Positions 37,416-46,832 of a DNA stretch of 64,000 bases are shown piece by piece (within the stretch, counting starts at the first letter, position 1; each line of letters begins with the position of its first letter). The stretch comes from an uncultured Alphaproteobacteria bacterium (lineage in GTDB: Bacteria; Pseudomonadota; Alphaproteobacteria; Rs-D84). Both the position numbers and the translations under genes were made by a program. The DNA lies in the NCBI GenBank assembly GCA_949878575.1, contig CATLAX010000002.1, forward strand, positions 357,634 through 421,633, read 5' to 3'. The notes under the pieces are model-generated. The model had not been told where the DNA came from. It was given only the letters and a program-made list of their open reading frames with translations, and did no database searches.

Positions 37416-38113
37416 AGACACGCATTGCAAAATTTATTGCGGACGCCGGCGCCGCGTCACGGCGCGAGGCGGAAAACCTAATCGCCGCCGGCGCGGTTGC
37501 CGTAAACGGTGCGGTAATTGACACGCCCGTGTTTTTCATAGATACGGACAGCGACACCGTGACAATCGCCGGAAAAAGGATAGAGCCGCGCGCGACATCG
37601 CGCCTGTACGCATTTCACAAACCCATAAACACAATGACCACCGCACGCGACCCGCGCGGGCGCAAGACTGTTTACGACTGTCTGGCGCCGGAATATAAAA
37701 ATCTGAAATATGTCGGACGTTTGGATTACAAAACGACGGGCCTGTTGCTGCTGACGAACGACGGTGATTTGGCGCGGCGGCTGACACTGCCAAGCTCGCA
37801 CATAGAACGCACGTACATCGCAACCGTAAACGGCGGCGACCTGTCCGGACTGGACGCGGCGCGGCGCGGCATCACCGTTGACGGCGTGAATTACCGCCCG
37901 ATGCAGATTGACGTTATTGACACAAGCACCCTGCGCGTTGTCGTGACAGAGGGAAAAAAGAACGAGGTGCGCATCGTACTGCGCGCATGCGGCGCACCGG
38001 TGCGCCATCTGCGGCGCATATCGTTCGGGCCGATAAGACTGGGCAACATGGCGCCGGGCCAAATAAAACCCGTGCCACAGAAAACGATTGACGAACTGTT
38101 AAAATCTCTCTAA
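37412..38113 (+). CDS. Pseudouridine synthase, RsuA/RluB family (S4 domain plus catalytic domain)
   Basis: MKTRIAKFIADAGAASRREAENLI… S4 domain; GRLDYKTTGLLLLTNDG catalytic motif. Confidence 0.8.
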   Translation: MKTRIAKFIADAGAASRREAENLIAAGAVAVNGAVIDTPVFFIDTDSDTVTIAGKRIEPRATSRLYAFHKPINTMTTARDPRGRKTVYDCLAPEYKNLKYVGRLDYKTTGLLLLTNDGDLARRLTLPSSHIERTYIATVNGGDLSGLDAARRGITVDGVNYRPMQIDVIDTSTLRVVVTEGKKNEVRIVLRACGAPVRHLRRISFGPIRLGNMAPGQIKPVPQKTIDELLKSL

Positions 38114-38136
38114 TATTCCATTTAAGGAAGGGAGAT

Positions 38137-39249
38137 TTGCATATGAAAAAAAACACCTCTAAAAAGAATCCGGCCCCGCGCAAGGCGGCCCTGCCGGCAA
38201 AGGCGGATGTCCAGGCAACACCTGTAAAGACCTCTAACGGTTCATGGTCGCTGTCCATTTACATCTATTGGTTCATAATCCTGTTTTTTATCGCGGCCAC
38301 GTTCTATATACTGGGGCGCAGCCACGGTTCAATCCGCGCATCCGGCGACAATGTTGAGATAACAGAGGAAGCGTTGCTGCAATCCGGCGACTATTATGAA
38401 AGCGGAAAAACAAAACTGTTATCTGGTGATGTTGACGCCGCAGTTACGGATTTGACCGCGTCAATAGAGGCGTCTGACGAGAACATAGATGCATACATCC
38501 TGCGTGGCGAGGCGTATATGCAGGCCGGCAATTATGACGCCGCAATGGATGATTTCAACACCGCTCTTGACAAAGACGAACAAAACGCCGTGGCGTATTA
38601 CGACCGCGCGCTGTTAAACACCCGTCTGGAAAATTATGCGGCGGCATTAAACGACATAAACAGCGCAATGGCCATGCGCGCCGCACGTCCGAACGACATT
38701 CTGCAGATGCGCGACCTGTATGCGCGCCGCGGACAGCTGAACCTGTGGCTAAAGAACTGGGAAGGCGCGGTTGCGGATTATACAAACTCGCTGGCGTTGC
38801 CGGACGGCGTTGTATCACCGCGCGTTTACGCCGAACGTGCAGAGGCGTTCACAGCCCTGAACCAGTACGAGGCGGCAATCAACGACTATGCGACGGCCGT
38901 ACGCGTAATAGCGGAACAGATACAGGGCGTAACATCGGCGGATGAACGCGAATCCTTGTCGGCCAACGCGATGAGCTATTTTGAAAAATCGGCCGCGCTG
39001 AACCTGAAACTGGGCAACATTGACGCGGCGCGCACGGATTTGAACGAGGCGGCGACCATTGCGGTTGCATTAAACGACACGGAAAGCGTTAATCGTTTGG
39101 GCGGCCTGATTGCCGAAATGGATCAGACCGTAACACCGCAGACAGAAACGGTTGCAACGGAACCCGTCCAGGAAACAGCACCGGAATTTCCTGCTGAACC
39201 CGCACCTGCGGATGTGCCACAGGAAGCACCGGCCCCCGAAATGGTATAA
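38137..39249 (+). CDS. Membrane-anchored TPR-repeat protein
   Basis: Basic N-terminus, TM helix, multiple TPR-like A/Y/N-rich repeats, acidic C-terminus. Confidence 0.6.
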   Translation: MHMKKNTSKKNPAPRKAALPAKADVQATPVKTSNGSWSLSIYIYWFIILFFIAATFYILGRSHGSIRASGDNVEITEEALLQSGDYYESGKTKLLSGDVDAAVTDLTASIEASDENIDAYILRGEAYMQAGNYDAAMDDFNTALDKDEQNAVAYYDRALLNTRLENYAAALNDINSAMAMRAARPNDILQMRDLYARRGQLNLWLKNWEGAVADYTNSLALPDGVVSPRVYAERAEAFTALNQYEAAINDYATAVRVIAEQIQGVTSADERESLSANAMSYFEKSAALNLKLGNIDAARTDLNEAATIAVALNDTESVNRLGGLIAEMDQTVTPQTETVATEPVQETAPEFPAEPAPADVPQEAPAPEMV

Positions 39250-39261
39250 ACAACGACCAAT

Positions 39262-39293
39262 AAAAAACACCGGCAATGCCGGTGTTTTTTATT
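39262..39293. terminator. Terminator, CCGGCA-N-TGCCGG family (AAAAAACACCGGCAATGCCGGTGTTTTTTATT)
   Basis: Perfect stem with A/T-run flanks after the TPR gene. Confidence 0.65.
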
Positions 39294-39392
39294 ATTTATT
39301 GCGCCGCCGCCGTTAACCCGTGAAAAAAAACGGGCGCCGTATTCGCTGCCCGTTTTTATACTTTGTGCTGGTTAATGCACAAAACGTATTTT

Positions 39393-40790
39393 CTATTCGT
39401 CGTCGGATTTTGCAACCGCGTCTTTTTTTGCCTGGTCGGACTGCAAATAACCCTCCAGCCAGTGATTGTCAAACTTTAGCTTTCTTACATCGCCGTTGTT
39501 TAACAATTTGCGCTGCAGCGGGATTGTGGTTTTCACCCCTTCTATCACGAATTCATCCAGCGCACGCTGCGCGCGCATGATGCATGATGTACGCGATGTC
39601 GCATGAACAATTAGCTTTGCAATCATGGAATCGTACGTCGGCGGGATTGTGTATCCGGTATAAACGGCGCTGTCCACACGCACACCCATTCCGCCGGACG
39701 GCGCATACAGCGTAATTTTTCCGGGATTGGGAATAAAGTTTTCCGGATCTTCGGCATTGATACGGAATTCCATCGCATGACCGTGCGGAATAACGTTTGA
39801 CTGGGTATACCCCAGCTTTTCACCGGCCGCAACGCGAATCTGTTCGCGGACCAGGTCAACGCCGTACACCATCTCTGTCACGGGATGTTCAACCTGCAGA
39901 CGGGTGTTCATTTCCAGAAAATAAAACTTTCCGTTTTCAAACATGAACTCAAACGTGCCGGCGTTGGTATACCCCATTTTTTTCGCCGCCGTCTTGCAGA
40001 TTTCAATCATGTCGTCGCGCTGTTTCTGGGTCAGCGCCGCCGCCGGGCATTCCTCCATCACCTTTTGGTTCTTGCGCTGCAAAGAACAGTCGCGTTCGCC
40101 GAATATAACGACGTTTCCGTGTTTGTCGCCCAGAACCTGAAATTCAATATGGCGCGGATGCAGCAGCAGCTTTTCCATATACAGCGTGTCGTCGCCAAAT
40201 CCGGATTTCGCCTCCTGCTTTGTAATCTGAAACGCCTCTGCCATTTCGCCGGCGCTGTGCACCGGGCGCATGCCGCGCCCGCCGCCGCCGGCAGACGCCT
40301 TTAACATAACAGGATAGCCTATCTTTTCCGCCGCGGCCAACGCATCTTCCAGCGTTTCAACCGCACCGTCCGACCCCGGCACCACTGGCAGACCGCATTC
40401 AATAGCGGTGCGTTTAGCATTAACCTTGTCGCCCATTTTTTCAATCATGTCGGCATCGGGCCCTATCCATATCAGGCCGTGGTTGGCAACCTTGCGGGCG
40501 AAATCGGCCCGTTCTGACAAGAACCCGTAACCGGGATGGATTGCATCCGCATTTGTCAGCAGCGCCGCCGTTAAAATCGCCGATTCATTCAAGTAAGAAT
40601 CACGCGACGGCCCCGGCCCGATACATACGGATTCATCCGCCAACTGCACATGCATGGCGTTTCTGTCAACCGTGGAATACACGGCAACCGTGCGTATGCC
40701 CATATCACGGCATGCACGGATTATGCGCAGGGCAATTTCCCCGCGGTTTGCGATTAAAACTTTCTTTATCTGTGACATGGTCTTATTCAA
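39393..40790 (-). CDS. accC: Acetyl-CoA carboxylase biotin carboxylase subunit
   Basis: 465 aa ATP-grasp; MSQIKKVLIANRGEIALRIIRAC… classic AccC. Confidence 0.95.
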   Translation of the reverse strand: MNKTMSQIKKVLIANRGEIALRIIRACRDMGIRTVAVYSTVDRNAMHVQLADESVCIGPGPSRDSYLNESAILTAALLTNADAIHPGYGFLSERADFARKVANHGLIWIGPDADMIEKMGDKVNAKRTAIECGLPVVPGSDGAVETLEDALAAAEKIGYPVMLKASAGGGGRGMRPVHSAGEMAEAFQITKQEAKSGFGDDTLYMEKLLLHPRHIEFQVLGDKHGNVVIFGERDCSLQRKNQKVMEECPAAALTQKQRDDMIEICKTAAKKMGYTNAGTFEFMFENGKFYFLEMNTRLQVEHPVTEMVYGVDLVREQIRVAAGEKLGYTQSNVIPHGHAMEFRINAEDPENFIPNPGKITLYAPSGGMGVRVDSAVYTGYTIPPTYDSMIAKLIVHATSRTSCIMRAQRALDEFVIEGVKTTIPLQRKLLNNGDVRKLKFDNHWLEGYLQSDQAKKDAVAKSDDE

Positions 40791-41226
40791 TTACAATCAA
40801 TGGTTGGTCAAATTCAACAGCCTGGCCGTCAGAGACCAGAATTTCTTTGACAACACCGTCCTTGTCGGACTTAATCGGATTAAATGTTTTCATCGCCTCT
40901 ACCAATGCGACGGTGTCGCCGGCCTTGATGCTGGCCCCGACGGTTGTGAACGGTTTTGCACCCGGTTCTGGCGCCAGATACGCAACACCCACCATCGGCG
41001 ATTTCAACGCATAGCCAGACACCGCGTTCTGGGCGGGTTCACTGTTTGTCTGTTTTGCCTCTGTCGCGACGGGGAAACACGGCATGGCCGCAGCGGCCGC
41101 CTGTTTTGACAAATGAATATGCTTACGATAAACGCCGAACAAAAACTGACGTTCCAGTTCCAGTTCTGTTATGCCCATTTCATCCATAATCTTTGACATG
41201 GATTCTACTGTTGCACGAAAAGACAT
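40783..41226 (-). CDS. accB: Biotin carboxyl carrier protein
   Basis: C-terminal EAMKTFNPI biotinyl-lysine motif; start set at MSFRATV (ORF opens at 41373). Confidence 0.9.
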   Translation of the reverse strand: MSFRATVESMSKIMDEMGITELELERQFLFGVYRKHIHLSKQAAAAAMPCFPVATEAKQTNSEPAQNAVSGYALKSPMVGVAYLAPEPGAKPFTTVGASIKAGDTVALVEAMKTFNPIKSDKDGVVKEILVSDGQAVEFDQPLIVIE

Positions 41227-41287
41227 CTTTTTAAATCCTTTGTTCTTATAAACTCTTTGGCAAATTTTACCACAATCGGCCCGCTTG

Positions 41288-41503
41288 TCAAGGAACGGGG
41301 TCGTACCCCATGCCGCCGCCCGGCCGGCACCGCATAATGCGCCGTATCCCCAGCACGCCGCCGCGCACAACACCGTATTTTTTTATGGCAATGGCGGTAT
41401 ATTCACTGCAACTTGGGGTAAAGCGGCATGCAGCACGCCCGCCGATAAACGGCGAAATCATCATCTGATAACCGCGGATAAGCAAAATTGCAATTTTAGA
41501 CAT
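41288..41503 (-). CDS. yidD: Membrane protein insertion efficiency factor YidD
   Basis: 71 aa, YQMMISPFIGGRAACRFTPSCSEYTAIAIKKYG is the YidD signature. Confidence 0.85.
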   Translation of the reverse strand: MSKIAILLIRGYQMMISPFIGGRAACRFTPSCSEYTAIAIKKYGVVRGGVLGIRRIMRCRPGGGMGYDPVP

Positions 41504-41831
41504 CCAGGCGCCCCAGATAGCGCAGCGCCTTTTTCATCGCGACACGCCCGTCCGTGCGCGAGGCCTTTAAAATATCGCGGCGCGATATGAAAATATAATC
41601 ACGATCCGGACGCATCCATTTTTCATTATACGCAATCCAATCACGCAGCAAGCGCTTTGCCCGGTTGCGGTCAACAGCATGGCGGAACATGCGTTTCGTC
41701 ACGACCAGGCCATACTGCGGATCATCGGCCAGGCGCGCCGCACGCATGCGGATAAGAAACAGGGAACTGCGCGCCGTATGGTCGGTTTCCGCGATAAGAA
41801 AATCTTTATGTTGTTTTATTGTATTACGCAT
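41496..41831 (-). CDS. rnpA: RNase P protein component
   Basis: 111 aa basic protein with the RnpA RNR motif (VDRNRAKRLLRD); adjacent to yidD as usual; no rpmH seen upstream. Confidence 0.85.
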   Translation of the reverse strand: MRNTIKQHKDFLIAETDHTARSSLFLIRMRAARLADDPQYGLVVTKRMFRHAVDRNRAKRLLRDWIAYNEKWMRPDRDYIFISRRDILKASRTDGRVAMKKALRYLGRLDV

Positions 41832-41861
41832 GAACTGAATATTACCACAATATGCGGATAG

Positions 41862-43005
<1,144 letters not shown>

Positions 43006-43007
<2 letters not shown>

Positions 43008-43282
43008 AAACGCCGGCATTTGCCGGTGTTTTTTTATTTGTTCCGCGACCCCGTAAACAATACAAAATCATGCACAAGGACCCGGTAAAAACAGTTTTGG
43101 TTATTTTCCCCGCAATTTGCAACAAAAAGCACAAAAGGCCGGTGTTTGCCGGCATTTTGTTAATAATATCAACCATCGTGGCAACATGCACGAAACCGTC
43201 GTTTGGCCCGGCCCAATCACCACATGCACCGGCAATATAAAACATGCGAAAAAGGCCGGCAAACGCCGGTCTTTTTCTTTTA
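43006..43282. repeat. Array of three related GC hairpins (CCGGCATTTGCCGG / CCGGTGTTTGCCGG / CCGGCAAACGCCGG), each with A/T-run flanks
   Basis: Three terminator-like hairpins read at about 43009-43030, 43138-43158 and 43254-43271 within a 280-bp non-coding stretch between mreB and pal. Confidence 0.5.
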
Positions 43283-43307
43283 AGCAATAACTGTTGTCAA
43301 CAGACTA

Positions 43308-43727
43308 TTATTTAACAGTTGTTGTTGCGTTACGATTCCATTTCCATACGGATTCGCCACTGCCCTGAACCAGGGGACGTTCCTTGCCATAGGAAATTGT
43401 GGAAATACGTTTTGCGTCAACACCGTCTTTGACGATAACGTCTTTGGCGGCATTTGCACGACGCGCACCCAGTGCCAGGTTGTATTCCGTTGAACCGCGT
43501 TCGTCGCAGTTACCAGCAATCTGGATTTTGGTGTCTTCGTGATTTTTCATATACAGCGCCTGGCCCAGCAGGTTGTTTTTCGCTTCTTCGGATATTTCGG
43601 AAGAATTGAACGCAAAGAATACGCGCTGATCGTTCAGATCGGCCGGTTCTGTGATTTTTGTTGACGAATGACATGCCGCCAGCATACCCGCAGCCGCCGC
43701 CAACATAGCAAAGTTTTTAATTTTCAT
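43308..43727 (-). CDS. pal: Peptidoglycan-associated lipoprotein Pal (OmpA-like)
   Basis: Lipobox GMLAAC; OmpA-like domain (NCDERGSTEYNLALGARRANA). Confidence 0.8.
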   Translation of the reverse strand: MKIKNFAMLAAAAGMLAACHSSTKITEPADLNDQRVFFAFNSSEISEEAKNNLLGQALYMKNHEDTKIQIAGNCDERGSTEYNLALGARRANAAKDVIVKDGVDAKRISTISYGKERPLVQGSGESVWKWNRNATTTVK

Positions 43728-43804
43728 GAAAATACTCCCTTGAGTTTCTGTTGCTCGTGGTCTAGTCTATAACAAAACATTGGAAAAATCAAGGGAAAAC
43801 ACTT

Positions 43805-44614
43805 ATGAATATTGAAGCGCTGCGCGATCTGCATCTGGCCGGGGTTAAGTGGGAAATTACAGAACTGCCCCGCCCCGCCGCCGTGGCAATGGCCGCCGCC
43901 GCGCGCGCGGCAGAGGCGGCCGCAAAAAACGCGCCCGCCGTGAAATCCGTCGCAGACGACATTCAAATACCGGACAGTGCGCGAACACCCGTATTTTCAT
44001 CCGGCCCCGTCGTGGTGCCCAGTATTGCGCCGCTGTCGCCGGACACCGCACGGGCCGCCGCCGCACGACCCGTGGACGCAACGGCATTATGCCGCATGAT
44101 TGCGGAATTTAATCATCCGCTGCGCATAACCGCCCGTAACACGGTTCCGCCACATGTTGCGGACGCACCGTCCGGCCTGATGATAATAACGGACATTCCC
44201 GGCGCGGATGACGACGCGGCGGGCCAAATACTGACGGGGCGTGCGGGCGAACTGTTGAACAAAATGATGGGTGCAATCGGTCTGGGACGGGAAAACGTGC
44301 ACATCATGCCTGTTTTGTTCTGGCGCACACCCGGCGGGCGGGCCCCTGCGCGCGGGGAACTGGATTTGGCGCGGCCATTTGTAGACCGCATGATTGAATT
44401 AACATCGCCGCGCGTGATTATAACGATGGGGACGCTGGCCACGACGGAAATCGCGCATGTTGATTTGGCAAAAAATCACGGCGTCGTGCAGAACATTGAC
44501 GGCCGCGCCGTCATGCCGATTTTTCACCCGAATTATCTGCTGTTAAAACCCGCGGCAAAGCGTGACGCATGGACGGCGCTGCAGGCGGTGCAAAATTTGT
44601 TGAAAAACGCCTAA
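43805..44614 (+). CDS. Uracil-DNA glycosylase superfamily protein (family 4/5-like)
   Basis: C-terminal UDG-like fold motifs (…ITDIPGADDDAAGQILTGRAGELLNKMM…, …HPNYLL); long Ala/Pro-rich N-terminal extension. Confidence 0.65.
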   Translation: MNIEALRDLHLAGVKWEITELPRPAAVAMAAAARAAEAAAKNAPAVKSVADDIQIPDSARTPVFSSGPVVVPSIAPLSPDTARAAAARPVDATALCRMIAEFNHPLRITARNTVPPHVADAPSGLMIITDIPGADDDAAGQILTGRAGELLNKMMGAIGLGRENVHIMPVLFWRTPGGRAPARGELDLARPFVDRMIELTSPRVIITMGTLATTEIAHVDLAKNHGVVQNIDGRAVMPIFHPNYLLLKPAAKRDAWTALQAVQNLLKNA

Positions 44615-44658
44615 GAATAAATAATAATTCAAAACGTAACGATACAAAGGAGCATACG

Positions 44659-45213
44659 ATTAAACCTTCATTTAACCGTTCCGCGACCCGCGACATGGGT
44701 CCGCGCATGAATAATCGCATTTTTGCAAAATCCGTACAGGTAATTAGCGACACAGGCCAAAATTTGGGTATCATGCCCACGCCCCAGGCGTTGGCGATGG
44801 CCATGGATGCAGGTCTGGATTTGGTGGAAATAAACGCCAACGGCACGCCGCCCGTGGTAAAAATAATGGATTACGGCAAATTCAAATACGACCAGAAAAA
44901 ACGTGCGAACGAGGCGCGCAAGAACCAGAAAACGGTTGAGATGAAGGAAGTATGGGTAAAGCCTTTTATTGAAGAAAACGATTTGAACATCAAAATGAAA
45001 AAGGTGTTTGAATTTTTAGACGGCGGAAACAAGGTTAAGATTGCGGTCATGACGCGCGGGTCAAAGAAAGTACTGGCCCGGGGCAAGGATGCGGTGCCGG
45101 AACTGTTTGCACGCATTATGGAAATTGTTGGTGAACGCGGAACATTGGAATCCAAATCAAAACCGGATGAACGCACCAAGTCAATAATTGTCGCCCCGAC
45201 AAAGGCGAAATAA
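44659..45213 (+). CDS. infC: Translation initiation factor IF-3 with non-canonical ATT (AUU) start
   Basis: IF-3 N- and C-domains (…VKIMDYGKFKYDQKK…); AAGGAG RBS at 44647-44652, 6-nt spacer, then in-frame ATT at 44659; the tool ORF 44569 is a spurious upstream extension. Confidence 0.85.
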   Translation: MKPSFNRSATRDMGPRMNNRIFAKSVQVISDTGQNLGIMPTPQALAMAMDAGLDLVEINANGTPPVVKIMDYGKFKYDQKKRANEARKNQKTVEMKEVWVKPFIEENDLNIKMKKVFEFLDGGNKVKIAVMTRGSKKVLARGKDAVPELFARIMEIVGERGTLESKSKPDERTKSIIVAPTKAK

Positions 45214-45220
45214 AAAAATC

Positions 45221-45250
45221 CCCCGAACGGGGGATTTTTTATTTCCAGTA
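45221..45250. terminator. Bidirectional terminator (AAAAAAATCCCCCGAACGGGGGATTTTTTATT); a loop variant of the 9701-9733 hairpin
   Basis: Same stem as copy 1 with a different loop; lies between infC (+) and HTH copy 2 (-). Confidence 0.6.
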
Positions 45251-45463
45251 CCGTAACAATTCCGGCGCCCACATCTGGATAACGCGGTATACCTGATACG
45301 GGGTCGGTGCAATACGCCCTTTTTCCATTTCATAATACGCAATGCCGTGCACACCTATCTGGCGTCCGGCATGAAACGGGCTTAGTTTTGACCGGCGGCG
45401 GATTTTGTGCATCCACAGCCCCAGGCTTTTATAAAATTCTTGTTCCGATTGTAATTTTTTCAT
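45239..45463 (-). CDS. Small XRE-type HTH protein, copy 2 (identical protein to 9728-9952)
   Basis: Identical 78/74-aa translation; nt identity about 97-98% including about 200 bp of 5' leader. Confidence 0.7.
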   Translation of the reverse strand: MKKLQSEQEFYKSLGLWMHKIRRRSKLSPFHAGRQIGVHGIAYYEMEKGRIAPTPYQVYRVIQMWAPELLRYWK

Positions 45464-45689
45464 TTTTTCCTCCATGTTTTTTTAACTAAAAACACCGCCG
45501 TGATTAAAGGCGGTTGGAGGTTGATTACTACAAGATAATAGTGCTGTTTATTTATGTATATCACAGCCCTCCAACCGGTTGTGGAGTTTTTATATCTTGG
45601 AGGTAATCACACCTCACACCGGTAATCGTCCGGTGCGATGCGAATTATACCGGATTATTTTCGTGTTTGCAAATAATTACTGGATTGCC

Positions 45690-45790
45690 ACGGTCGCTAT
45701 GCTCCCTCGCAATGACAGTCGTACCGGAAATCATTGTCATTGCGAACGCAAGTGAAGCAATCCAGTAAAAAACGCCCCGGGCTGGGATTT
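45690..45790. repeat. Second copy of the nested palindromic element (outer IR ACTGGATTGC…GCAATCCAGT, inner IR CGCAATGACA…TGTCATTGCG) plus GC hairpin
   Basis: Inverted repeats read directly; homologous to 1-110; immediately downstream (minus strand) of the radical-SAM gene stop. Confidence 0.55.
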
Positions 45791-46782
45791 TATCGCTCGT
45801 TAAAACGCCATCCCTGTAACAGACGGGCGCGCGTTTCTTCGCGCCACGTGGCCTTTACCAAATCCACACGGGTATACAGCAACGACTTTGGTCCGTGTGC
45901 GGTATGCCATTTTGTTGAAATCTTGCGTCCTGAATTTTCGCCCAGCGTTACCCGCCCCGCACTGTCAAACGCAATCAAAGACATACCGTCGGCGGATAAA
46001 AACTGAAACTGTGGAAAATCAGAATGATGCGCCCATTCCATGCCACGCGCACGGCCGCCGTCAAGCAACGTTCCTTTTGAATAGTGCAATAAAATCTGGT
46101 CATCGACGATTGGCAACGAACGCATATTTGCCAAATCACCGACCAAAACTTCGTCTATAGTGTGACCACTTGAGCGTAACTGTTCCAATAATGCCGGAAA
46201 CATATCAACATGATTGTTAAAACCGGAAATATGAATAACAACGTTGGTATTTGGCATTTTGGCCAGGCGCGATATCACCGCGGCATTATTTTCTAATGCA
46301 TTTTTATGATACCTGTCCAGCGACAGCGAAATCTGCAATGAATACGGTTTGTGTGACGATATTACATGATGCAAATCCTGCAATATACTCTCGCCAAATC
46401 CGGCACGCACCCACGCGGCGTTGGTCTTTATATCGGTACCAATGCCCAAATCAAGACTGTGGTTCAATAATGTCGGCACATAATCGGCCGGTCCAAAGCG
46501 GTATGCCGACATAATTTCCCCGCCTGTAAACACAACATTATTTGAAAATGACTGGTCGGAATGCGCCTGGTCCAAATAAGAGCATATGGTACGGGCCGGA
46601 ATAAATGTCCGAGGATTCTTCGGCCCCGAACATTCACAGCAATGAGGGCACCGGTACCAACAATAATTTGTTGTTTTAAACACCAATACATACTTCGTAT
46701 GACGCAGTATGTTCCCCATGGGGAAATGCCGGTCGCGCCAGTTTAGGTATTTATAAATAATGCTCACAGGTATAAAATTCAT
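45790..46782 (-). CDS. Radical SAM domain protein, function unknown (lower GC than neighbours)
   Basis: CxxxCxxC motif NYCWYRCPHC and glycine-rich VVFTGGEI motif; 330 aa; AT-rich codon usage by eye. Confidence 0.7.
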   Translation of the reverse strand: MNFIPVSIIYKYLNWRDRHFPMGNILRHTKYVLVFKTTNYCWYRCPHCCECSGPKNPRTFIPARTICSYLDQAHSDQSFSNNVVFTGGEIMSAYRFGPADYVPTLLNHSLDLGIGTDIKTNAAWVRAGFGESILQDLHHVISSHKPYSLQISLSLDRYHKNALENNAAVISRLAKMPNTNVVIHISGFNNHVDMFPALLEQLRSSGHTIDEVLVGDLANMRSLPIVDDQILLHYSKGTLLDGGRARGMEWAHHSDFPQFQFLSADGMSLIAFDSAGRVTLGENSGRKISTKWHTAHGPKSLLYTRVDLVKATWREETRARLLQGWRFNER

Positions 46783-46832
46783 GTGCCACCTTTTTTGACA
46801 AAAGATAGCACACGACCCGATTTTGTCAATAA

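Noticed and set aside
44569-44658. Tool-predicted ATG start for infC at 44569
   Set aside because: It lies inside the preceding UDG-like gene's 3' end, has no RBS and would add a 30-aa non-homologous N-terminus; the AAGGAG-ATT start at 44659 fits IF-3 homology.
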